Below, piece by piece: positions 26,563 through 34,439 of a stretch of DNA of 51,289 nt. The DNA is from Kiritimatiellia bacterium. Lineage in GTDB: Bacteria > Verrucomicrobiota > Kiritimatiellia > RFP12 > UBA1067. A program made the translations under genes and the position numbers. The notes beneath the pieces are model-generated. The model was not told the DNA's origin. It did no database searches and saw only the letters and a list, made by a program, of their open reading frames with translations. How positions within the stretch are numbered: position 1 is the stretch's first letter; each line of letters starts with the position of its first letter. The DNA lies in assembly GCA_017646325.1 (NCBI GenBank), contig JAGCMU010000026.1, forward strand, positions 1 to 51,289, in the 5' to 3' direction.

Positions 26563-28853
26563 TATTTCACCTCCTTATCAACTGCATTAGGGTAGCGTTT
26601 TGCCATTTCATCCAACAACGCCTTAGACTCATCCCCCTTACCTTGCGCACGTAAAATCTGGGCGGCGGCCTTTAACGATTTCGGCACCAATACAGGTTCA
26701 TCGAACAGCGTTCCGACGACCATATGATATTTTAACGCTGCGTCCATATCACCGCGATTTTCTTCATTCTTTGCCAAAGACGCATACGCCCTTAAGCGAA
26801 TAGCAACCATTTCTGATGAACTTGCGCGATTGACTGCGTCGGAAAGATGCTCGTGAGCTTTTGAAAATTTCCCCGTTTCCATTTCAAAAACCCCTAATCG
26901 AAGTGCCGCCATAGCCCCGGCAGACGTTTGCGCCTTTGCCTCCAAAGCACGAGACCACGCGGCAGCGGCGGCATCTTTCCTCCCAAGGCAGAGTTGCGCC
27001 TCGCCCACCAAATGCGCGGAAATTTGATTCCATGTTGCGTCCGCATTGCGTTTTTCCAATATTTCAGCAGCCTTTAATGCAAGCGGGGCATTGGAAACCG
27101 TCAGCAACGCTTCCGCCGTCCACGCAAGACGGTTAGGTGTCAAACGGTCGACGATTTTCGTATCAAGCAGCTCCGCAAGCAAAATTGCCGACTCTTTTTC
27201 CTTGCCGCGTTCCTTTAGGATAAACGCCAACTCAAGTTTTATCTCTCTTGCAAATTCTGGATTCGGATCGTGTTTCAACGCTTCACGGAAATTTATTTCC
27301 GCTTCCGGAATGTCGGAAATCGCCTTTGACGCCATGCCGAGCCAATAATAAGATTCTGAAAGTTTTTTGTAATCGGGGAAACGTTTTATCAATTCACGAA
27401 GAGATGTAATGACCGCTCGGAACTCTTTTGCCTTAACTTCTTCCATTGCTCTGAAAAAGAGAGCGTCAGAGGCAAATGCCGAATTGGGATAACGTTCTAA
27501 AAGACGAGTCCAATTTGCCCGAGCCTGCTTTGAGCGTCCGACTTTGGTTTCATTGACACCTGCAAGGAAGAGCGCTTGATGAGCCATCTTGTCATTGGGC
27601 CATTTGTCTGCAAGAGCACGATACGTTTCTGCTGATTGATCCCACATCTTCATTTCATCATAGAGCCATGCCAAACGGTGCATTGCGCTTGGAGCCAATT
27701 CACTTTTATCTATTGACGTCACACGCTTTGCAAATTCAACTGCAAGCGGAAAGTTTGTAACGGCAATTGCCGCCTCGCATCCCAAACGCCACGCGCGATC
27801 TTTCGTTTCCTTCGGAGGGTTTGGCTTTTGGGCGAGTTCGTCCAATACGGCTTGAGATTTCTTGAGAGACGAAAGAATCGTCAAGCGTTCAAACCATTCA
27901 CGATCTGCATATTTTCCACGAGGATATTTTTCAAGAGCGTATTCGTAGGCAACGAGCGCATCATTTAGGCGCTCCAGCATACGAAGGGACGCGGCAACGA
28001 TGTATGCTCCGTCTTCATTTCCATCATCACGCAAAAATGCAGCCATTGTCAACGCTTCCGAATATTGACCTGAAAGATATTCTGCCCACGTTGAAAATTC
28101 CCGTGCGTCCTTAACGCGCGAAGAACGGGGGAAATCTTTTGCCAACCGGCGAAACAACATACTTGCTTCCCGCCAATTCCCTTCACGATAAGAAATCATT
28201 GCAGCAAAAAACAACGCTTCCTGCGCAAGGCGGCGATCGTTTGAATCTGCAAGCTGATAATACATAAACATTGCCTGGCGGCGGTCTTGCGGGGAAGACG
28301 ATTCACTTAACACAGTCCCCTTCTTAAACATCGCCAGATCCGCAACTTTTTCTTTTCCGCCAAGCTTGATAGACTCGTTAAAATATTCAAGAGCCTCTTT
28401 GTTGTTTTTCGCCTCTTGCGCAATCTCTCCAAGGTAATACAAAACGGTCGCGCGGATTTTATTTGAAACACCTTGACGGTTCAACGCTTTTAAATCTGAA
28501 ATTCGCGTTTCACCGCTCCCGAGCAATGCTCTATTTAAACGAGAATAATCCGCATATACAGATTGCGGATTAGATGAAAGCAAATCTGAATAACATTTAT
28601 ACGCCTGCGTCTTGCGCCCTAATGCCCTATACGCCTCGGCCATACGGAAAAGCAACTCATCTTGAGGTATTTCCTTAACACCCTTCACCAGCTCATATTC
28701 CAAAAGGGCTTCGGCGTAAAGATGGCGTTCGGCAAGTTGATTGGCAAATGCAAAACGGTCTAACGGCAACACGTTCGTTTTTACATCGGAAAAGACGACA
28801 AGTGATAAGGAAAAAGAAAATACCAATAGGGATACAGCTCGTGCAAAAAACAT
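26562..28853 (-). CDS. Secreted/anchored tetratricopeptide (TPR) repeat protein
   Basis: The track ORF runs to 28982, inside hemL. The ATG at 28853 is preceded by GGGGGGAG and gives the signal-like 'MFFARAVSLLVFSFSLSLVVFS'. The rest of the ~763-aa protein consists of repeated TPR-like A/Y/L-rich helical pairs. Confidence 0.75.
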   Translation of the reverse strand: MFFARAVSLLVFSFSLSLVVFSDVKTNVLPLDRFAFANQLAERHLYAEALLEYELVKGVKEIPQDELLFRMAEAYRALGRKTQAYKCYSDLLSSNPQSVYADYSRLNRALLGSGETRISDLKALNRQGVSNKIRATVLYYLGEIAQEAKNNKEALEYFNESIKLGGKEKVADLAMFKKGTVLSESSSPQDRRQAMFMYYQLADSNDRRLAQEALFFAAMISYREGNWREASMLFRRLAKDFPRSSRVKDAREFSTWAEYLSGQYSEALTMAAFLRDDGNEDGAYIVAASLRMLERLNDALVAYEYALEKYPRGKYADREWFERLTILSSLKKSQAVLDELAQKPNPPKETKDRAWRLGCEAAIAVTNFPLAVEFAKRVTSIDKSELAPSAMHRLAWLYDEMKMWDQSAETYRALADKWPNDKMAHQALFLAGVNETKVGRSKQARANWTRLLERYPNSAFASDALFFRAMEEVKAKEFRAVITSLRELIKRFPDYKKLSESYYWLGMASKAISDIPEAEINFREALKHDPNPEFAREIKLELAFILKERGKEKESAILLAELLDTKIVDRLTPNRLAWTAEALLTVSNAPLALKAAEILEKRNADATWNQISAHLVGEAQLCLGRKDAAAAAWSRALEAKAQTSAGAMAALRLGVFEMETGKFSKAHEHLSDAVNRASSSEMVAIRLRAYASLAKNEENRGDMDAALKYHMVVGTLFDEPVLVPKSLKAAAQILRAQGKGDESKALLDEMAKRYPNAVDKEVK

Positions 28854-28854
28854 T

Positions 28855-30156
28855 TTATCTCCCCCCTTCAGCTTCTTTTTTAATTTCCTCGCATACATCC
28901 TTAAAGGATGCTGTAAAATATTCAACATCTTCCATCGTATGCGAAGCGGAAACGAAATTACATTCAAATTGACTTGGTGCAATGTAAATGCCTTTATTTA
29001 AAAGGCCATGAAAAAGCTTTGCGTAAAGAGACGTATCACTCTTCTTTGCCGTTACTAAATCTGTAATCTCCTCTTTTGTACAGAAAATAGTAAAGACGCC
29101 CTTTTCATTTACACAGTGAATTGGCAACGAAAATTCTTGCGCAATATTATTTACTCCCGATGATATCTTCAAGCCGTATTCTTCAAGCTTAGAATATGGA
29201 GAATTTGATTCAAGTTCATCCAATACAGCAAGCCCTGCTGCAACGGCAAGAGGATTACCGCTCAACGTTCCCGCCTGATAAATGGGACCGTCTGGAGCAA
29301 GCTCTTTCATCCATTTCGCCTTACCTCCAACTGCAGCAAGAGGCAATCCGCCGCCAATAATTTTTCCAAGCGTGATAAGGTCTGGATCTACGCCTTCAAC
29401 AGTAGAAGAATAACTCGAAAAGGAAAATCTAAAACCGTTAATCACTTCATCGCAAATGAGAAGTGCCCCATTTTTTCTGGTGATTTCACGAAGTCCTTTC
29501 AGGAATCCCGGCAATGGTTTAACGAGCCCCATATTGCCTGCAATAGGCTCGACTATCACCGCCGCGATAGAATCCTTGTATTGCGAAAAGGCCTCTTCGA
29601 CAGCAGACAAGTTGTTGTATGGCACGACGATCGTATCTTTAGTCGCGCCATCCGTGACGCCCGCCGAGGAAGAAGAACCCATTGTCAAAATACCCGAACC
29701 GCTCTTTACAAGAACGGCATCGGAATGACCGTGGTAGCATCCGTCAAATTTTAAAATGATATTACGCTTAGTAACACCACGGGCAATACGCAACGCCGTC
29801 ATAACGGCTTCCGTTCCCGAGTTGACGGCTCTAACCATTTCCATTTCTGGAACTAAAGCTACCAATCTTTCTGCAAAGCGGACTTCTGCGGGAGTGGCGA
29901 TACCAAATGTCGTCCCTTTTCCCGAGGCCGATGTTACGGCATCTGTGATTACAGGATGAGCGTGACCTAAAATCATCGCCCCCCAACTGCAACAGTAATC
30001 GGTGAGGGTGCGTCCATCCGCTGTGTAAATTTTCGCACCCTTGCCCGACTCAACAAATACAGGAGTTCCGCCCACACCGTTAAATGCGCGGACTGGAGAA
30101 TTTACTCCGCCTGGGATTACCTTTTTCGCCTTATCGAACAATTCACCGTGTTGCAT
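28855..30156 (-). CDS. hemL: Glutamate-1-semialdehyde 2,1-aminomutase
   Basis: 433-aa ORF with 'GGVNSPVRAF', 'GHAHP' and the PLP-lysine block 'TLGKIIGGGLP'. Confidence 0.92.
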   Translation of the reverse strand: MQHGELFDKAKKVIPGGVNSPVRAFNGVGGTPVFVESGKGAKIYTADGRTLTDYCCSWGAMILGHAHPVITDAVTSASGKGTTFGIATPAEVRFAERLVALVPEMEMVRAVNSGTEAVMTALRIARGVTKRNIILKFDGCYHGHSDAVLVKSGSGILTMGSSSSAGVTDGATKDTIVVPYNNLSAVEEAFSQYKDSIAAVIVEPIAGNMGLVKPLPGFLKGLREITRKNGALLICDEVINGFRFSFSSYSSTVEGVDPDLITLGKIIGGGLPLAAVGGKAKWMKELAPDGPIYQAGTLSGNPLAVAAGLAVLDELESNSPYSKLEEYGLKISSGVNNIAQEFSLPIHCVNEKGVFTIFCTKEEITDLVTAKKSDTSLYAKLFHGLLNKGIYIAPSQFECNFVSASHTMEDVEYFTASFKDVCEEIKKEAEGGR

Positions 30157-30170
30157 TTTTTTCTCTCTTC

Positions 30171-31079
30171 TTAGCGGTATTCGATCGTTGCCTTCTCGCG
30201 AAGTTCCGCAACGAATGCGTCAAGTGCACGGCCGCGGGCTTCGTGACGCAATTGATCACGGAGTTGGGCGTGGACATCGGTCAATTCCAATTGGCCGCCG
30301 GCCTTTTCGTCGGTTTTGAGGATGATGTGATAACCGAATTGAGTTTCAATAACGTCAGACACTTCCCCGCACTTCATTGAGAAGGAAGCCTGGTCGAATT
30401 CAGGGACCATCATTCCACGACCAAACCATCCAAGACTACCGCCGTCACGGCCGCTAGGGCAATCGGAGTGGTCTGCTGCCGCCTTTGAGAACGCCTGGCC
30501 GATTTCTCCGGCATCACCTGCAGAGAGAATTTTCTTGCGGATGTCTTTGATTTTTTCAAGAGCCTCTGCCTTGTCAGCCGCGTCCAACCCTTCTGTCTTA
30601 ATGAGGATGTGCTGACAAAGAACCTGCTCGTCGCGAACAAACTTGTCACGATTTTGTTCGTAGTATTGATTGATTTCATCTTCCGTCGGTTCTGGAACTT
30701 CGCTGACAGCCTGCTGAACTATCATATCAACGCGGCATCCCGATTTCAAATTTTCGCGGAACTGTTCTTCAGATGTCTTTTGCTCTGCAAGAGCTTTTAC
30801 GAAATTATCACGTCCACCGAGCTGCTGAATAACCTGCAAAAGTTTTGCATCGACCATTTCTTCTGGAACGGCGATATCGAGTTCTTTCGCGCGATCAAAC
30901 ATAAGCTTTGTGCCGATAGCCTGTTCCTGCGCGTTTTTCGCAAAAGTATCGAGGTTTTTACGTACTTCTTCAGGCTTCATTCCATGAGAAACGTAGAATT
31001 GAACGAGTCTATCCAACTCAAATTGAACCGCTTCGCGAGCGATAGGCTCGCCATTGACAAATGCTTGTTTTAATTTCAC
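30171..31079 (-). CDS. Parvulin-type peptidyl-prolyl cis-trans isomerase with SurA/PrsA-like N-domain
   Basis: 302-aa ORF with the parvulin block 'GGSLGWFGRGMMVPEFDQASF ... FGYHIILK'. No obvious signal peptide is visible at the listed start. Confidence 0.8.
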   Translation of the reverse strand: MKLKQAFVNGEPIAREAVQFELDRLVQFYVSHGMKPEEVRKNLDTFAKNAQEQAIGTKLMFDRAKELDIAVPEEMVDAKLLQVIQQLGGRDNFVKALAEQKTSEEQFRENLKSGCRVDMIVQQAVSEVPEPTEDEINQYYEQNRDKFVRDEQVLCQHILIKTEGLDAADKAEALEKIKDIRKKILSAGDAGEIGQAFSKAAADHSDCPSGRDGGSLGWFGRGMMVPEFDQASFSMKCGEVSDVIETQFGYHIILKTDEKAGGQLELTDVHAQLRDQLRHEARGRALDAFVAELREKATIEYR

Positions 31080-31122
31080 TTTCTTCTCCTTTATAAATAT
31101 TACTTACTATCGGCATCATTTT

Positions 31123-33135
31123 TCAGCGCTTTGTAAATTTAATTACATAACCGCCGCCAGGAGCCGTCTTGAAAGAAATTTTTTCTCCGCTTTTTACGCT
31201 CTTTGTTTCGTGAATGTATTTAGCAGGATTGACATCACCGTCAAGCGTGTCACGGAAGATTTCCGCCTGCCAATCACCCTTTTCATGAAACTTGGATGTA
31301 TCGATTTCAATTTCACGAGCTTGTGAATTGGAAATTGCAGCAGCATACCATGCGCCATCTTTGCTCTTACGTGCAATCGCAACATAAGTATCGGGATGTC
31401 CACCAAGGGCTACTGATTCACTCCAAACGACTGGGATTGACGCCATAAAGCGGAAGCATTCCATATTCTTTTCGTATTTCGTCGGCGAATCGCAAAGCAT
31501 TTGCAATGGCGCTTCATATATTGCAAGCAATGCCATTTGGCGCGAGCGCGTACCTACAGAACCTGGATTAACTGTATGTCCTTTGTATTTGCCTATTGCG
31601 ACATTGTCCATTGCGCCTGGAGTATAATCCAGCGCTCCTGCCGTCATACGCAAATAATATGTCCCGATATCATTGTCCATGAAATCATAATTATTACGGA
31701 ACCATTTCATATTTTCAAGGCCATGATTAGCTTCAAAATTTACTACATTCGGATATGCACGGCACATACCTGTCGGGCGATGAACACCATGATAATCAAC
31801 CATCAGCTTTGCCTTGCGACATTCTTCTGCAAACTTCCAAAGGAATTGTTCGCATTGAGCATCACCACGATCCATAAAATCAACTTTGAAGCCTTTGATT
31901 TTGAGCTTTGCAAAATATTCAACGACACGAGCTTCATCATTGACAGCCTGTGCCCATGCAATCCACAATATAATGCCTACGCCCTTCTTGTTTGCATAAT
32001 CAACCAAGTATGGGACATCAACCTTTGGGCTATATTTCCACACATTGAGATGTTCGCTCCAGCCTTCGTCGAAGATAACGTATTCAACGCCGTTTTTAGC
32101 GGCAAAATCAATGAAGCGTTCATATGTTTTAGTCGTACATCCCTTGTACCCAAGGTTATCAAACGCATTCCACCAATCCCATGCAACCTTACCTGGCTTT
32201 ACCCACGAAAAATCGTGATCCTTTTGAGCAGGACGAGCGAGCGCCCAAACTATATCAGCAGTTGGAAGCGAGGACGCGTCCTTTTCATCTGTGAGTACAA
32301 AGGCGCGCCATGGGAAGGTACGCTTGCCTTCAGTTTCTACAAGATAATCGCTTTCTTGCACAATACGAACCCAACGGCCGCCACTTTCAATATCTTTATG
32401 TTTTCCCCATCCGTCTTCGTTCGTGACGTGGGTGGTTTTCTTGGGCCACTTTGAAAAATACGATTCAAATACGGCGCCTTCATCTTTTGAACGTTTGAAA
32501 TATAAAACTGGATAATCCTTTACATCTGAATCGGTAACCGCAACCATTTTACCGCCGACAGAATAGACAAAAGGAAGATAGATCATTTTCTTATTTGGAG
32601 TTGCGATATCCTTAGCTAAAAGTGTTTTATGTGGCACTTCTTCGCATCCGAATTTGTCGGTAATGCAAGTCCAACATTTTGCCGCGGGATCTGGCAATTT
32701 AAGAGTTACGTTTTCACCTGTCACTTTGATTGATGTTATTTTTTTTGTTTCAAATCGATACGCAACACCATCATTACGGGCAACGATTCGCACGCCCCAA
32801 TCGCCGAAATCGGCAAACGCCCACTTTGCAGAAAGATCAACCTTGTCTCTTTTATAAATGGGAGTTTCAACAATTCCAGAATATTCACCACACGAAACCT
32901 GAGCGTTCTTGCTAAGTGAAACACCCTCTCCTAATGTAGAGCCTACAATGCTTAATGAAATAGGACTCTTTTCAACGAGAGTAACTCCATCACGCTTTAC
33001 CTCATAGGCAAGAGGCTTTAAATATAACTTTATTTCATTGCGCCCATCTGGCGAACAAACCTGTGTTTCAAATCCCGTAGCGAATACGGCATTCAAAACC
33101 ATTACACTCAATAGAAATACTACATTTTTTTTCAT
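31123..33135 (-). CDS. GH97 glycoside hydrolase (alpha-glucosidase/alpha-galactosidase family)
   Basis: 670-aa ORF with a signal peptide. The GH97 blocks are 'GVEYVIFDEGW', 'IKGFKVDFMDRGD' and 'VNFEANHG'. Confidence 0.85.
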   Translation of the reverse strand: MKKNVVFLLSVMVLNAVFATGFETQVCSPDGRNEIKLYLKPLAYEVKRDGVTLVEKSPISLSIVGSTLGEGVSLSKNAQVSCGEYSGIVETPIYKRDKVDLSAKWAFADFGDWGVRIVARNDGVAYRFETKKITSIKVTGENVTLKLPDPAAKCWTCITDKFGCEEVPHKTLLAKDIATPNKKMIYLPFVYSVGGKMVAVTDSDVKDYPVLYFKRSKDEGAVFESYFSKWPKKTTHVTNEDGWGKHKDIESGGRWVRIVQESDYLVETEGKRTFPWRAFVLTDEKDASSLPTADIVWALARPAQKDHDFSWVKPGKVAWDWWNAFDNLGYKGCTTKTYERFIDFAAKNGVEYVIFDEGWSEHLNVWKYSPKVDVPYLVDYANKKGVGIILWIAWAQAVNDEARVVEYFAKLKIKGFKVDFMDRGDAQCEQFLWKFAEECRKAKLMVDYHGVHRPTGMCRAYPNVVNFEANHGLENMKWFRNNYDFMDNDIGTYYLRMTAGALDYTPGAMDNVAIGKYKGHTVNPGSVGTRSRQMALLAIYEAPLQMLCDSPTKYEKNMECFRFMASIPVVWSESVALGGHPDTYVAIARKSKDGAWYAAAISNSQAREIEIDTSKFHEKGDWQAEIFRDTLDGDVNPAKYIHETKSVKSGEKISFKTAPGGGYVIKFTKR

Positions 33136-33184
33136 TTTTTTATTTCCTTAATTTTACTATCAATAGCAAAAATTCTATCTAACA

Positions 33185-33193
33185 ATTATACCA
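33185..33193 (-). promoter_or_regulatory. Putative extended -10 (TGgTATAAT) for the GH97 gene
   Basis: The minus strand reads GGTATGGTATAAT about 50 nt upstream of the ATG at 33135. An AAGGA RBS lies about 11 nt upstream of the ATG. Confidence 0.4.
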
Positions 33194-33323
33194 TACCACC
33201 CCTAAAAACACTACTTATTTCATTGCTAGAGTTTACCCATTTTTTGAACTCTGACGAGAGCTTGAGAGAAAAAGTTGCCAGTTGATAATGTTGCCAATTC
33301 CAATTTCCAATTTTCAATGGTAG

Positions 33324-33344
33324 GGCGGTCGCCCCGCGACCGCC
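33324..33344. repeat. GC-rich perfect inverted repeat (9-bp stem, 3-nt loop)
   Basis: GGCGGTCGC-CCC-GCGACCGCC, read directly. It is embedded in AT-rich intergenic DNA. Confidence 0.85.
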
Positions 33345-33420
33345 GAAAATGTTGATATGGTGACAGACACGATGTTTTAAGATTGGAAACAACAAGGACA
33401 ACTGATAAAACAACTTTTTC

Positions 33421-33472
33421 GCCGTGCAACTGCACGGCTCTTAAATTGGCGGGCGGTTGCCCGCTAATTTAA
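33421..33472 (-). terminator. Tandem stem-loops downstream of the VIT-family gene (candidate intrinsic terminator region)
   Basis: The first hairpin, at 33441-33472, has a 14-bp stem (TTAAATTGGCGGGC/GCCCGCTAATTTAA) and a GGTT loop. The second, at 33421-33438, is GCCGTGCA/TGCACGGC. On the minus strand the second is followed by GAAAAAGTTGTTTTAT, which is only a weak U-tract. Confidence 0.35.
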
Positions 33473-33553
33473 GAAGTTGTTTCAAATAGTTGTTTTAAAA
33501 AAATCAGAAGATACGGCGGTGAATTATTCGAAATACCAACACCATACCAAATA

Positions 33554-34432
33554 TTATCGCAAGAAATATCCAAACGCGTATGAAATCAATGCAACGACGG
33601 TAGAAATTCCCGCCATTACGGAAAAGCCCTTGATGAAAGACGTTCCGCGGGCAACGCTCAGATAGAAGTTAAAGAAGGCGATAATTCCAAATGCACAAAG
33701 AAGCATCACTCCAAGAGCTACCGTTGCACTTGACAATACCACATACGGAGTTACGAGAATAAAAACGGTAAGAATATATGCTATACCAGTATAGGCAGCC
33801 GTCTTTATCGCACTCTTCCCATCCCCCTCTTCTTCTCCGTTACCGGCTTCACTGTCTGCACGCGCAGATAAAAATGCAGAAGCCGCCATTGACATTGCTG
33901 CGGCAAAACCTGTAATCAATCCAAGCTTTGCAATTTTAGATGTAATGCCGATTGCAAATGTAAAACCTGCAAGCGCACCCGTTAATTCAACAAGCGCATC
34001 GTTAAGCCCTAAAACTATTGCCCCCATATTGTTTAAGCGCTCATCGTTAAGCATCCCGATAAGTTCTTCTTCGTGGCGGTCCTCGTCATCGGCGATGGCG
34101 GCAAGCTCTGGATATTCCGGCACTATCTTGCGATAAGTTTTACTCGCGGCATTCTCGCCGTTTTCCATAGCCTTTAGAGTAAATGTGATGCCGAAAAGAC
34201 GAGCGAAAAAGACAATCCTTTTCACCTTGAACATCAATGGACGAGCGCTACATCCCAATATCCCTGCAATCACGCGGGCGTGAGCAGCCTCATCTAAACT
34301 GATTTGCTTGAGGATTTCTTTATTTTTTTCGTCCTTTTCCATCTCAGCAAGACGAGAATATACGGCAGCTTCCGTAAGCTCGTTAGTCAATTGATCAAGG
34401 AGTACCTTTTTCGTATCGTCTTTCATAATCAT
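33554..34432 (-). CDS. VIT1/CCC1-family iron/manganese transporter with N-terminal ferritin-like domain
   Basis: 292-aa ORF. The N-terminal rubrerythrin/ferritin-like helices are 'ELTEAAVYSRLA ... DEAAHARV'. The C-terminal membrane domain carries 'GLNDALVELTGALAG'. Confidence 0.8.
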   Translation of the reverse strand: MIMKDDTKKVLLDQLTNELTEAAVYSRLAEMEKDEKNKEILKQISLDEAAHARVIAGILGCSARPLMFKVKRIVFFARLFGITFTLKAMENGENAASKTYRKIVPEYPELAAIADDEDRHEEELIGMLNDERLNNMGAIVLGLNDALVELTGALAGFTFAIGITSKIAKLGLITGFAAAMSMAASAFLSARADSEAGNGEEEGDGKSAIKTAAYTGIAYILTVFILVTPYVVLSSATVALGVMLLCAFGIIAFFNFYLSVARGTSFIKGFSVMAGISTVVALISYAFGYFLR

Positions 34433-34439
34433 CTCCTCA

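Noticed and set aside
23741-28853. Bat (Bacteroides aerotolerance)-type operon
   Set aside because: TPR and vWA components are present, but the defining MoxR-type AAA ATPase, the DUF58 protein and the paired BatA/BatB vWA proteins are absent from the window.
26562-28982. Long version of the TPR ORF overlapping hemL by 128 nt
   Set aside because: The extra 43 residues have no signal or TPR character. An internal ATG at 28853 has a strong SD and gives a signal-like N-terminus immediately after the hemL stop.
31501-32454. 317-aa plus-strand ORF inside the GH97 gene
   Set aside because: It is antisense to a gene with strong GH97 motifs. The product is Cys/Ile/Phe-rich and motif-less, and no RBS or promoter context is present.
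33189-33549. 9-bp direct repeat ACCATACCA near both ends of the 418-bp intergenic region, possibly a target-site duplication of a MITE-like insertion
   Set aside because: A single 9-mer match within about 400 bp is not far from chance expectation. There are no terminal inverted repeats adjacent to the two copies and no transposase-related sequence.
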